From the sequence record AP025670.1: 64,000 bases of DNA. One strand, given 5' to 3'. Made by a program: the position numbers and the translations under genes. Every line of letters starts with the position of its first letter. Positions within the stretch are counted from its first letter, which is position 1. Below are positions 19,891-28,828 of the stretch, piece by piece. This DNA comes from a plasmid. The notes under the pieces were generated by a model. The model made no database searches, was not told the DNA's origin, and saw nothing but the letters and a program-made list of their open reading frames with translations.

Positions 19891-20901
19891 ATGAGAAATT
19901 TAACCACATGGACTTGTTCCGAAATAACAAAGTTGATTGGGACTATTGACGAACCATTCTTCATTGAAAAAATATGCAAATTTACCGGACGTAGTGTAAA
20001 TGATGTCCTCTCTAAATTGTTGCACATGGGATTGTGTGAAATAAACTATAAGGATAATAAGATATCTACGGCTAGGAATACAAATTTAAACCATCTCATT
20101 CCTTATTCATCATTTATTCCTAAATTATTAGAACTTGGTTGGATATATGAGTTATTAAATAGGGAGGAATCTCTTAAAGCCCCCAAGTGGTGGGTAAATA
20201 ATGATCAGTTCCCTATAAGTAACACTATCGAATTGAATCGTAATGAAACAGTATGGGTTAATGAGGAAATTCATACAGTTATCTCCATGATACAAAACAA
20301 GATGAACCTAAGCTCAATCGCAAATAAAATACATAGAAATCAATCATCTATTACCGCAATGTTAATAGATCTTGGTATTTTAGAATGCATTGATAAACAA
20401 GAAATCTTTTTGTCTGAAGTTAATGAATTGAAACTTTCAAAGTATACATTTAATAATGCGCTTGTTCTTATTAATCATGGATGGGTTGTTACCAACAATA
20501 ATTTATCTGCGCCTAATTGGTGGCTTGAAAATAACAAGGATAATAAGAATGTTCATAATAGCCACTACGATGAAAGGAAAGAAATAACCGGTAATGATAG
20601 CAGACAATTGTATATGTTTATTAAATCAGAATTAGAGGGCATACTAAACACTATTCATGAAAATAAGCGTATCGAAGAATTGTCAGATGTAACGTATTTA
20701 GGTTATACACTTGCAGATTTAACGACCTACATTGGTATTACTTCAGTTAAGGTAGCAGGGCAGGTCACAAAGAACAATAAAACCCACATGAGCTATTTTA
20801 TGGATAAACCTTATAATATAAAGAAAATGTTGATTAACTTTGGTTGGAAAGTTTCAGATGATTCATTAGCAGCTCCTGAATGGTGGTCTAATGAAGAATA
20901 A
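19891..20901 (+). CDS. repeat protein with three HTH-like modules, each ending in GW…L(K/S/A)AP.WW
   Basis: Internal repeats …LGWIYELLNREESLKAPKWW…, …NHGWVVTNNNLSAPNWW…, …NFGWKVSDDSLAAPEWW…. Confidence 0.45.
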   Translation: MRNLTTWTCSEITKLIGTIDEPFFIEKICKFTGRSVNDVLSKLLHMGLCEINYKDNKISTARNTNLNHLIPYSSFIPKLLELGWIYELLNREESLKAPKWWVNNDQFPISNTIELNRNETVWVNEEIHTVISMIQNKMNLSSIANKIHRNQSSITAMLIDLGILECIDKQEIFLSEVNELKLSKYTFNNALVLINHGWVVTNNNLSAPNWWLENNKDNKNVHNSHYDERKEITGNDSRQLYMFIKSELEGILNTIHENKRIEELSDVTYLGYTLADLTTYIGITSVKVAGQVTKNNKTHMSYFMDKPYNIKKMLINFGWKVSDDSLAAPEWWSNEE

Positions 20902-21313
20902 ATACATCTCTTTCATTCAAATTATTTTTTTTACCGTTGCTTGTGTATATCCAGCGTATTTATTAATACGCAGAAAAAACATAATTGATATTTCCATGTT
21001 AATATTTATTGTATTAATTGCAGTAATTGGAGATTTTATTGAGTGCATAACATTAATTGAATTATCTAAGATGTTAGCATCATTCTTTCTTATTGCAATT
21101 TATGTGAATTGCTACCGCAGCTATTTTAAGTACTCTAAAAGTAATATTGATTTAATTAGTTTTAAAGCAGTAGATAATAAGATGGGGTATCTTGTTTTTT
21201 CCAGTGAAACTATATGTTATTTCTTGCCTTTAAAAATAAGTAGCCACTTTAATATGTTATGGTTTTATGGATATTTGAAAGCCATAACCATGCACCTTCA
21301 AAATAGAAAGTGA
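20891..21313 (+). CDS. small multi-pass membrane protein (140 aa), overlapping the previous gene
   Basis: Three to four hydrophobic helices; start overlaps the upstream stop. Confidence 0.4.
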   Translation: MKNKYISFIQIIFFTVACVYPAYLLIRRKNIIDISMLIFIVLIAVIGDFIECITLIELSKMLASFFLIAIYVNCYRSYFKYSKSNIDLISFKAVDNKMGYLVFSSETICYFLPLKISSHFNMLWFYGYLKAITMHLQNRK

Positions 21314-21393
21314 TACTTTTAAGACTGTTTACTAAGAAAAAAGATACCATATAACGGGTACATTGCCTTTTTAATTTCTGAAGGCTGAAGCTC

Positions 21394-22143
21394 ATGAACT
21401 TCATAAGTACCCTTATTCTTGCACTTATCCTACGAATTCTTTACCTCATATATCGAAAACGTAAGCCTAGTTTTTATACTGTTAGCTTGGTAATAATATC
21501 AGTTATTGTGTGGTCCGTTAAATCCTACCTATTGGACTATTACATTATCCCAACATCCTCTATGGCACCGACATTAAAAGCCGGTGATCTCATTTTTGCA
21601 AAGCCGGTTGACACGCAAAAAGAGCAATTGATGCGTGGAGATATCGTGATTTTCCGAGCTCCTGCATTCCCTTCATTCATTTATGTAAAACGCATAATCG
21701 GATTGGCTGGCGATACTATCACTTATGCCGATGATAAGTCAGTCCAGATCAACGGAAGGATGATCGGGCAGCTAAACCATCATAATGACCATACGAGTAC
21801 CTATCAGGCGCTTCAGGAACGTAATGCGCAACAATATGAGTACGTCATTGATAACCGTAAACCATTCGTTAAGCCAATTTATACACAATGGGTAATCCCT
21901 GATGGATATGTTTTTGTTCTTGGCGATAACAGGGATCACTCATGGGATTCACGGTTTTTTGAAAATGCAGTTGGAACTCCAAGGCATTTGCGAGGGCTTG
22001 TTAAAAAGGAACTTTTGATAAGCCGGTATTTAGCCACGGCTTTTACACTTGAGTTTATGAAAAGCGATTTTGATATAGGGGAGAATAGCTTAAAAGTAAT
22101 TTCTGAAGCTCAAACGGCAGAGGGGAATGATGGGGATAAATAG
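21394..22143 (+). CDS. signal peptidase I (S26 family; LepB/TrhF-like)
   Basis: N-terminal TM helix, catalytic-Ser box …SSMAPTLKAGDLIF… and the conserved …GDNRDHSWDSRFF… box. Confidence 0.8.
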   Translation: MNFISTLILALILRILYLIYRKRKPSFYTVSLVIISVIVWSVKSYLLDYYIIPTSSMAPTLKAGDLIFAKPVDTQKEQLMRGDIVIFRAPAFPSFIYVKRIIGLAGDTITYADDKSVQINGRMIGQLNHHNDHTSTYQALQERNAQQYEYVIDNRKPFVKPIYTQWVIPDGYVFVLGDNRDHSWDSRFFENAVGTPRHLRGLVKKELLISRYLATAFTLEFMKSDFDIGENSLKVISEAQTAEGNDGDK

Positions 22144-22480
22144 AAGCTGTATCGCATTAGTTTGCTTTTTCTTGTCATCTTGTGGTTCTACCACAGGGGC
22201 GATCACTACACACGAGCATCTTGTGACGCAAGCCACACAAGATAAGCATGTCAGTTCAGGTGGCTTCGACAGAGTAGCTGATACCTATGTACTGGCAAGA
22301 GAGATTACTGGTCTTGAATCCAACGAAATAAAGCAACTCTATGAGGTGAAGGGGAGTGACAACACATTAATAAAAATTGATATGGCATCTATACCATGCT
22401 CGATATTGCTTAAAAAGAACACAAGTCAAAGTAGTGAGATTTGGCTTATAACTGATATGGGTTGCAATGAATATTTATAA
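22127..22480 (+). CDS. small lipoprotein (lipobox LSSC)
   Basis: Signal peptide ending …FFLSSCGS; overlaps the upstream gene. Confidence 0.5.
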   Translation: MMGINRSCIALVCFFLSSCGSTTGAITTHEHLVTQATQDKHVSSGGFDRVADTYVLAREITGLESNEIKQLYEVKGSDNTLIKIDMASIPCSILLKKNTSQSSEIWLITDMGCNEYL

Positions 22481-23036
22481 AATCTCAGTAATCAGCTCCC
22501 TTTTATTTTCTTCTTTGTCATACAGCAAACCTATTTTTATAGGAGATTCACTTACCTATGAGATAGCTAAAGGGTACAGCACAATCCAAGCTGTTGATGC
22601 TCGATACAAAGTAGGTAGCGGATTATCCACAAAGAATATCCTTGATTGGCAGAGATACGCAGAGCAATTCAGTTTTGAAGAATACGATACCGTTTATGTG
22701 ATTCTCGGTACTAACGACCATGTTCAAATATCAGAAAAAGAAAAGTACACCTCTAAAGTTCGGCATTTTATCCAAACCATAAAAGCCAGAAACCAAAATG
22801 TAATCTGGTTACTTCCTCCAACCCTTAAAGACACCGCCAAAAACAGACTATTAGATAACACTCGGCAAGCCATAATGACGGCTTCGCAGATAGAGGGGAT
22901 CACCACCGTAGATACACGAACGGTTCTTGGTGAAACATACAAGGATGTCATAGATGGGACAACAGTTCGCACAAAGGATGGAATACATATCACTCCAAAC
23001 GGAGCCTTACTTACCGTGACACAGCTACTATTTTAG
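22467..23036 (+). CDS. secreted SGNH/GDSL hydrolase
   Basis: Signal peptide, GDSL block …IFIGDSLTYE… and C-terminal …DGIHITPNG… (DxxH). Confidence 0.65.
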   Translation: MNIYKISVISSLLFSSLSYSKPIFIGDSLTYEIAKGYSTIQAVDARYKVGSGLSTKNILDWQRYAEQFSFEEYDTVYVILGTNDHVQISEKEKYTSKVRHFIQTIKARNQNVIWLLPPTLKDTAKNRLLDNTRQAIMTASQIEGITTVDTRTVLGETYKDVIDGTTVRTKDGIHITPNGALLTVTQLLF

Positions 23037-23053
23037 TAAATTGGAATGTTGTA

Positions 23054-23989
23054 ATGAGAAGAAAGCGTAGATTTAAGAAACGAAATCCCTATGTAACTAA
23101 TATGAATATTGCATTTATATTCTATATGACCACTCTGGTATTTCTTAGATTTGATTCTATTGCGAGAGTTTTAACTTTAGTAATACCTTTATTTGCTGTT
23201 TATATATTGTCACCTAGCAGCAAAATATTGAGGTTACACAAGAGAAAGAAACCTGAATGGGCTTCAGTGGGAATCAAAAGAAATGCCCCTCTATTAAACC
23301 CTCAAGTTGCATTAGTGATAATTGCTGTTACCACAATAACTGTATTTTTTCTTCGTTATGACCATGTAATAACAACGAAAATCATACAACTGATATGGGG
23401 AGATATAAAAACAGCATATGCTGATATTTTCGGGAAAAGCAGTGCGAATAAATTATTCTCTCTGAGGAATATCCCAGTTTGTACATATTATACATTCCAT
23501 ATATTACGTTCATGCGTTGCATTTCTGCTCGTGGCTTATTCAGCAAGTGTCTATTTTCGTTATAAACAACAAACTATGTTTAAAAAGGTACTTTTTAATG
23601 CCACCTATCATGAAGATGCATTGCAATTTATCCGAGAATTATCATGGCGAGAATTTGAGGAATTTATAAGAGAGTTATTCAACAGCCTTGGGTACAGAGC
23701 TACTGTCACTAATTATGGTCCAGATGGTGGGAAAGATATCATTATGGAACGTGATGGAATCAAAGTTTTCGCTCAATGCAAACACTGGAAATCTGACAAT
23801 GTAGGTGTTGCTATCGCCCGTGAAATGGTTGGTGTACTAGAAGCAGAACCCGAATTTAAGCATGTATTTCTAGTCACATCAGGTAAGTTTTCTAACGATG
23901 CAGTTCTATACAGTCACAGAACATCTGACCGTCTGACACTCATGGACGGAAAAATGATAGCCGATAAATTATTGCTGTTAAGAAAGTAA
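23054..23989 (+). CDS. membrane-anchored Mrr-cat (restriction-endonuclease-like, PD-(D/E)xK) protein
   Basis: Four N-terminal TM helices, then …FEEFIRELFNSLGY…YGPDGGKDIIMERDGIKVFAQCKHW…, which fits the Mrr catalytic-domain pattern (DGG-D … QCK). Confidence 0.6.
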   Translation: MRRKRRFKKRNPYVTNMNIAFIFYMTTLVFLRFDSIARVLTLVIPLFAVYILSPSSKILRLHKRKKPEWASVGIKRNAPLLNPQVALVIIAVTTITVFFLRYDHVITTKIIQLIWGDIKTAYADIFGKSSANKLFSLRNIPVCTYYTFHILRSCVAFLLVAYSASVYFRYKQQTMFKKVLFNATYHEDALQFIRELSWREFEEFIRELFNSLGYRATVTNYGPDGGKDIIMERDGIKVFAQCKHWKSDNVGVAIAREMVGVLEAEPEFKHVFLVTSGKFSNDAVLYSHRTSDRLTLMDGKMIADKLLLLRK

Positions 23990-24078
23990 TCCGCTTTTAG
24001 AACCTTTGCGCCCTATTCGTAGGGCGTAATTCTATAACATATATCAGATACACGTAACACAGATTATTGAGGCTCAAA

Positions 24079-25041
24079 ATGACGGATGTTTCTTCCAATG
24101 CAAAAAAAAATGAAAGTAAAAAAGGACTTGGTTTTCTTCTGAATAAAAAATCCATGATTGCAGTTGCAGTTGCAGCAGGTGCAATAGCAGTATTTGTTTT
24201 ACTCAAACCAGCAACAGACACGACAGAAATTGATGTTAATTATTATAGTGACGTTGAAACCTCTATTCCTGTTTTTAACAATCCCAAAGAGGCAGAACCA
24301 GAATCGAACAGTGCCGAGAACGTAACTAAAACCGATTCTCCGGCATCAGAGGTTAAATCCGACTCTGTTACAGGAGATGTTGCTAAGACGCTCTCAGAAG
24401 CAGAACAGGAGCATTCTGACGTAACAGAAACACAGAATCCATCAGATAGCGAACAAAGCATTAATGGCATGCTTGAGCATGTTAGCGAAGCTGCTACTTC
24501 AGTAGTGGAACACACTCAGGCATTAAGTACAAACTTTACAGGTCAACCACCTGCACCGGCAGCTCAGGAGCTCAGTGATGTGTATTACAGCAATCAGGCT
24601 CCAACACAGCAACAAGACTTTAAAAACGTATTTGATGCAGCATTGGAAGAAAGAAACAAACGCCTTGAAAATGACCAAAACCTCGACTATGTAGGGAAGC
24701 AATTAACGATCCCATACGCGCCAAATTCACAAACTAAAGTCTATCTCTACCGTAATTTTGCAGTGAAAATTTTCCTACCTGCACAATCCGAAGCCGTTAA
24801 AGAGCTCAATTACTTCATCAATGGCTCAGACCATGACGATCATTTCGACATCAAATTATTACCAAATAACATTTTGCTCTTATCGAAAAAGCCAAGTTCT
24901 GAAGTGTGGGGCGGCACAGACTTATTCATCACTCATGGTAAACAAAATTATACATTTATATTACTTAGTGCGAAAAACCCTGATGAAAGAACTGATTCTA
25001 TTCATTATGAAAAAGTAAGCGCAAACACAACCAATAAGTGA
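24079..25041 (+). CDS. acidic Ser/Thr/Glu-rich single-pass membrane protein with a conserved C-terminal beta-rich domain
   Basis: One TM helix after a basic N-terminus, a long low-complexity acidic linker and a structured C-terminal about 130 aa. Confidence 0.4.
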   Translation: MTDVSSNAKKNESKKGLGFLLNKKSMIAVAVAAGAIAVFVLLKPATDTTEIDVNYYSDVETSIPVFNNPKEAEPESNSAENVTKTDSPASEVKSDSVTGDVAKTLSEAEQEHSDVTETQNPSDSEQSINGMLEHVSEAATSVVEHTQALSTNFTGQPPAPAAQELSDVYYSNQAPTQQQDFKNVFDAALEERNKRLENDQNLDYVGKQLTIPYAPNSQTKVYLYRNFAVKIFLPAQSEAVKELNYFINGSDHDDHFDIKLLPNNILLLSKKPSSEVWGGTDLFITHGKQNYTFILLSAKNPDERTDSIHYEKVSANTTNK

Positions 25042-25098
25042 TCGTTAACTCTCCAAAACTACCTTACAGCCCCTTTTTGGGGCTTTTTTGGATTCAAA

Positions 25099-25656
25099 AT
25101 GGAAAAATACACGAGTCTGAGAACAATAGCTGACGATATTCAGATGTACCCATATTCATATCTATTATGCCGACAATTATTAAAAAAGGGATACATCGAG
25201 GGCGAGGCTGTGATTGGTATCTATAAGCAAGAACTGGTCCACACTCCGGAGACAGATTTAGCTTACACAAACAGCATTTTGCAATACTCATGGATCGAGA
25301 CAAAGGCTCATACCGTCATAGACCCTTTAATTGATTTTCGCGACGGAAACCGAGAAATTAACCTAATCGAGAGAGACAAAACACCAAATTACCATGCAGG
25401 CGTAAATCCCTTGAAAATTACGAAGGAATTACTTCCAGAACATCGTTGCTCTGATGAAGTGTTTACACTAATGAGAGGGGCTGAATCAGAGGCTATGAGG
25501 CGAATTTTAGGTTTAGAACAAAACCCCAATGGGATCACAATGACTGAAGCGGCTTACATAGCAAATTATCATACGTGTGATTACTTAGGATATGATAGGA
25601 TTATTTTGAATTTTTTTATTAAACACAAATTAACACCAATCATAATAAACGAATAG
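25099..25656 (+). CDS. hypothetical protein (185 aa)
   Basis: ORF only. Confidence 0.35.
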   Translation: MEKYTSLRTIADDIQMYPYSYLLCRQLLKKGYIEGEAVIGIYKQELVHTPETDLAYTNSILQYSWIETKAHTVIDPLIDFRDGNREINLIERDKTPNYHAGVNPLKITKELLPEHRCSDEVFTLMRGAESEAMRRILGLEQNPNGITMTEAAYIANYHTCDYLGYDRIILNFFIKHKLTPIIINE

Positions 25657-25704
25657 TCGCTGCTTTATTCAAGAGTGAAACATAAACCATATAAGAGATA
25701 AATT

Positions 25705-26019
25705 ATGCCAGATTTAGAATATTACTTACTTTCCCCTGCTTCACACAAAGGTGTAGAAAACGAACATGCAAACTCAGGTAGAATGTTAGACCGATATTTG
25801 AATACTAATGGTCGCTGGAGTGCATTTCCACCCAAGAAGAATATTAGCTTATTATATTGGAGCTCAAGAGAGGAAATATTAAAAGCCGCAGAAATAGCAA
25901 TCAATTCAGGGCGAGATGTGCATATTTGCAAAATATCAACAAATGGAAAAGTAAACCAAGATAGAATGATTAATTACAACGAAAATCATTTACCCTGCCT
26001 AACAGGATATATAAAGTAA
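25705..26019 (+). CDS. hypothetical protein (104 aa)
   Basis: ORF only. Confidence 0.3.
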   Translation: MPDLEYYLLSPASHKGVENEHANSGRMLDRYLNTNGRWSAFPPKKNISLLYWSSREEILKAAEIAINSGRDVHICKISTNGKVNQDRMINYNENHLPCLTGYIK

Positions 26020-26034
26020 CTACTAGCAAAATTA

Positions 26035-26065
26035 AATGCAGATATGTGGAATATATCTGCATTTA
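26035..26065. terminator. Bidirectional terminator hairpin (AAATGCAGATAT-gtggaat-ATATCTGCATTT) between convergent genes
   Basis: 12-bp perfect stem with flanking A/T runs. Confidence 0.6.
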
Positions 26066-26070
26066 TTTGT

Positions 26071-26508
26071 TTATTTTATAAATTTAAATTTATGCTCATC
26101 TGATTTAGAACAATGTTTTTTATCACAAAACTCTCTTTCTTTGTTTATAAACTCACCTAGATATGTGTAAAATCCATCCGGTTCTTCATTTACAGATTTT
26201 TTTAATTTTTCGTATGCCTCTTGGTTCATCGGCGTATACTTCAATAGCAATTGGTCTAAGTATTCAATTTTATTACTTGCTATTTTTCTGCCAAATACTC
26301 TATATGCTATATATCCAGCTAACAATGATAGAAATAATGATAGCCACAGATTAAATTCAGCTTTCAAAGGTAGAAAAAAAATTAATAAGAAAAATATCAA
26401 GGCTGCGGGTCCATACGATGCTTTTGCCAATTCTCGGTTTACTGTCATTTCATCTAGTTCATAGCATCGTTGAATTTGGTTAAGACTGGTTCTATTTTTC
26501 TTTGACAT
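26071..26508 (-). CDS. small membrane protein (2 TM helices) encoded downstream of the UvrD-like helicase
   Basis: Hydrophobic hairpin …PAALIFFLLIFFLPL…WLSLFLSLLAGYIAY…. Confidence 0.4.
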   Translation of the reverse strand: MSKKNRTSLNQIQRCYELDEMTVNRELAKASYGPAALIFFLLIFFLPLKAEFNLWLSLFLSLLAGYIAYRVFGRKIASNKIEYLDQLLLKYTPMNQEAYEKLKKSVNEEPDGFYTYLGEFINKEREFCDKKHCSKSDEHKFKFIK

Positions 26509-26565
26509 ACTAAATCCTCTTACTGCTGATAGTATTATATTAATTACTATTAATGAAAAAGTTGG

Positions 26566-28101
26566 TTAGATTTGTGTTGTACTATTTAAAAAAATGTGTA
26601 GTTCTTCCGGAGTTACTATTGGAATGTTTCTTTTTTTGTCTTTTCTATATTTTATTAATGAAATTATTTCCATAATTACCATTGATACCGATAGAGCTTT
26701 CGTAGCTCTGGTTACTGCAACGTATAACAAATTTAATTCATCATTAATAAATATTAGATTCTGTTTTTGTTTTGGTGTTTTCTCAATATATTCAACTAAT
26801 GAAACATAATCATCATCAATCTCAATATATTCCCATTCAAGTCCTTTCGATGAATGTGCAGTTACAAGCGTTAAATCAGCATCATTGTAATTATTAACTG
26901 CTGCTTCTTTAATTTTATCAACCAGCTCTAGAATATCAGGCTCATTTTCAATTAGGTGTATCGTCCTTTTCAACGTATTGTCGCCTGAGTTCTCTGCAAC
27001 GCTTACAACCCGATCCCAATTTGGATAGTCGTATAAAAATGCTTTTCTCTTAATCATTTTAGTATTGCCGATATACAGATAGTAAAAATCAGCAATATCG
27101 TCTAAAGCATACCTATCAATACCACCTACGAAGAACACTTTTTTACCGTTTCTTCCAGCGTCAATTGCATTGATCAACACAGATAGATTGGTGCGTGAAA
27201 TCACAGTTCTAGGGAAGATATTCTTGATTTCAGCTTTATTTATGAGCTTATCAGTAATACCGGTCGTTTTAAGGCTTACAGTCTCCCCTTTTAACATCAG
27301 TATGGCATTTGCGATAGCTGCTACACATCGTCCAAACCGATATGACGTAGTTAGACGCAATATCTGAGCTCCATCACGTACAGAGGCATCTAGGGCATCA
27401 TTTGCCCCACGCCAGCGGTTGATCATCTGGTGCGTATCACCTACAAAGATTCGTTTGCATTCACATTTATCTAGCATTGCCTTCGTTACTAAGTTGGCAT
27501 CCTGTGCTTCATCAAACAAAATGATATCGAACCATGTATGTAGGGGAGGGGCTACTAACTGAAAATATTTTATGTAAAAGTCAGGGGGAGCAGGGAAGTC
27601 ACTGTTAGGGTCAGCTTGTAATTCAAAAATGAGTTTTGCATTTTCTAATGCGCATTTCCTAACATTTTCAGCATGTTTTTTACCATTCCCTGTGTTCTCT
27701 GTTGGAACGTGATGTATCTGTAACGAATAATCAGCAGACCTATAATAATTATTTAGAGTCTCGATTATGAGAAATTGCAATTGAACAGATGTAATATTTA
27801 GTAGCCGAGCCACATCGAACCCATTGAAATTAAACTTCATTTTGTACTTCAATTTTTTCAAATACCGATATGCCATTGCATGAGTGGTGATCACTTTGGT
27901 ATTAGAAGGAAATTTTTGTGATGCTTCTATCTGTATGCCTTTGTTGTAAGCTAAGTACAAAATACGTTTATCCGGATTACGCTTTGCCAATTGAGTCAAT
28001 ATGAACGTTTTGCCTGAACCTGCATAAGCCTGACAGCAAATATACTTTTCTTCAGAGGCTAAAATGGCTTCTTGTTCTTGAGATAAGATTATCTTTGACA
28101 T
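26566..28101 (-). CDS. UvrD/Rep-like superfamily 1 DNA helicase (short form, 511 aa)
   Basis: Walker A …AYAGSGKTF…, …RILYLAYN…, …FVGDTHQMINRWRGA… and C-terminal …LVTAHSSKGLEWEYIEI…. Confidence 0.75.
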   Translation of the reverse strand: MSKIILSQEQEAILASEEKYICCQAYAGSGKTFILTQLAKRNPDKRILYLAYNKGIQIEASQKFPSNTKVITTHAMAYRYLKKLKYKMKFNFNGFDVARLLNITSVQLQFLIIETLNNYYRSADYSLQIHHVPTENTGNGKKHAENVRKCALENAKLIFELQADPNSDFPAPPDFYIKYFQLVAPPLHTWFDIILFDEAQDANLVTKAMLDKCECKRIFVGDTHQMINRWRGANDALDASVRDGAQILRLTTSYRFGRCVAAIANAILMLKGETVSLKTTGITDKLINKAEIKNIFPRTVISRTNLSVLINAIDAGRNGKKVFFVGGIDRYALDDIADFYYLYIGNTKMIKRKAFLYDYPNWDRVVSVAENSGDNTLKRTIHLIENEPDILELVDKIKEAAVNNYNDADLTLVTAHSSKGLEWEYIEIDDDYVSLVEYIEKTPKQKQNLIFINDELNLLYVAVTRATKALSVSMVIMEIISLIKYRKDKKRNIPIVTPEELHIFLNSTTQI

Positions 28102-28304
28102 GAAAATGCCTTTATATCATTATGTTACAGTTAACATAACATAATTGCGTAATGGTTTTTAGCGAAAGGGAATGTAATCCTTCCCCAAAGATTACTGTCT
28201 ATTGTTTTTGTGCCCCGCAGATCCTATGCTGATATCCAAGTGGGGTTATGGATACACAAGAGAGTATCCGGATGGTGATTTTAATATCCATTAATATTAC
28301 TCAG

Positions 28305-28338
28305 ATAAAAAAAGCCGTATTCTCATACGGCTTTTCTT
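28305..28338 (-). terminator. Hairpin GCCGTAT-tctc-ATACGGC flanked by A- and T-runs, 3' of the pilin-like gene
   Basis: Stem-loop plus a poly-A on the plus strand (poly-T on the minus strand). Confidence 0.55.
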
Positions 28339-28355
28339 TGAGTTGCTGCTTTCTA

Positions 28356-28715
28356 CTACAATATCGGTAATGCCGTTGTTACTGCAACAGATGAAGTCAT
28401 GATACCGTTGATGATATCCGGAGCATAGTACAGACCAATTGCCGCACCAACCGCCACTGCAAAGGTCATTAACGACTGACGAACAACCGCCGCAGCAATA
28501 CCAACAACTACAATCAGCCCCACTAACACACGACCTAATGACCCCTGCATATATGCAGTAATTTGCATCCATACTTCTTTGAAACCGGACTGTTCGGTTC
28601 CTTTGCCATAGGCAAACATAACTGCCAGTGCCGCTACACATAACACTGCGAAAACCACGAAAAGCACTTTTTTGGTATCAATTTTCGGCATGGCACATGT
28701 TTTTACTAATTGCAT
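28356..28715 (-). CDS. conjugative pilin-like protein (TraA/TrbC/VirB2-like topology)
   Basis: Leader peptide (MQLVKTCAMPKIDTKKVLFVVFAVLCVAALAVMFAYG), a hydrophilic segment, then two hydrophobic helices; adjacent to a DsbA/C-like gene. Confidence 0.4.
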   Translation of the reverse strand: MQLVKTCAMPKIDTKKVLFVVFAVLCVAALAVMFAYGKGTEQSGFKEVWMQITAYMQGSLGRVLVGLIVVVGIAAAVVRQSLMTFAVAVGAAIGLYYAPDIINGIMTSSVAVTTALPIL

Positions 28716-28828
28716 ATCTAACCCTTCTATATTTACAGTATTAAAATGACAGCAAACTACTATCAACGTGGATTTTACATTTACTAATTAATATTTATCT
28801 TTTATAAGGTTACTAAAACGAATTGGTT

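Noticed and set aside
28297-28641. 114-aa Cys-rich minus-strand ORF
   Set aside because: It overlaps the pilin-like gene in another frame and has no start context
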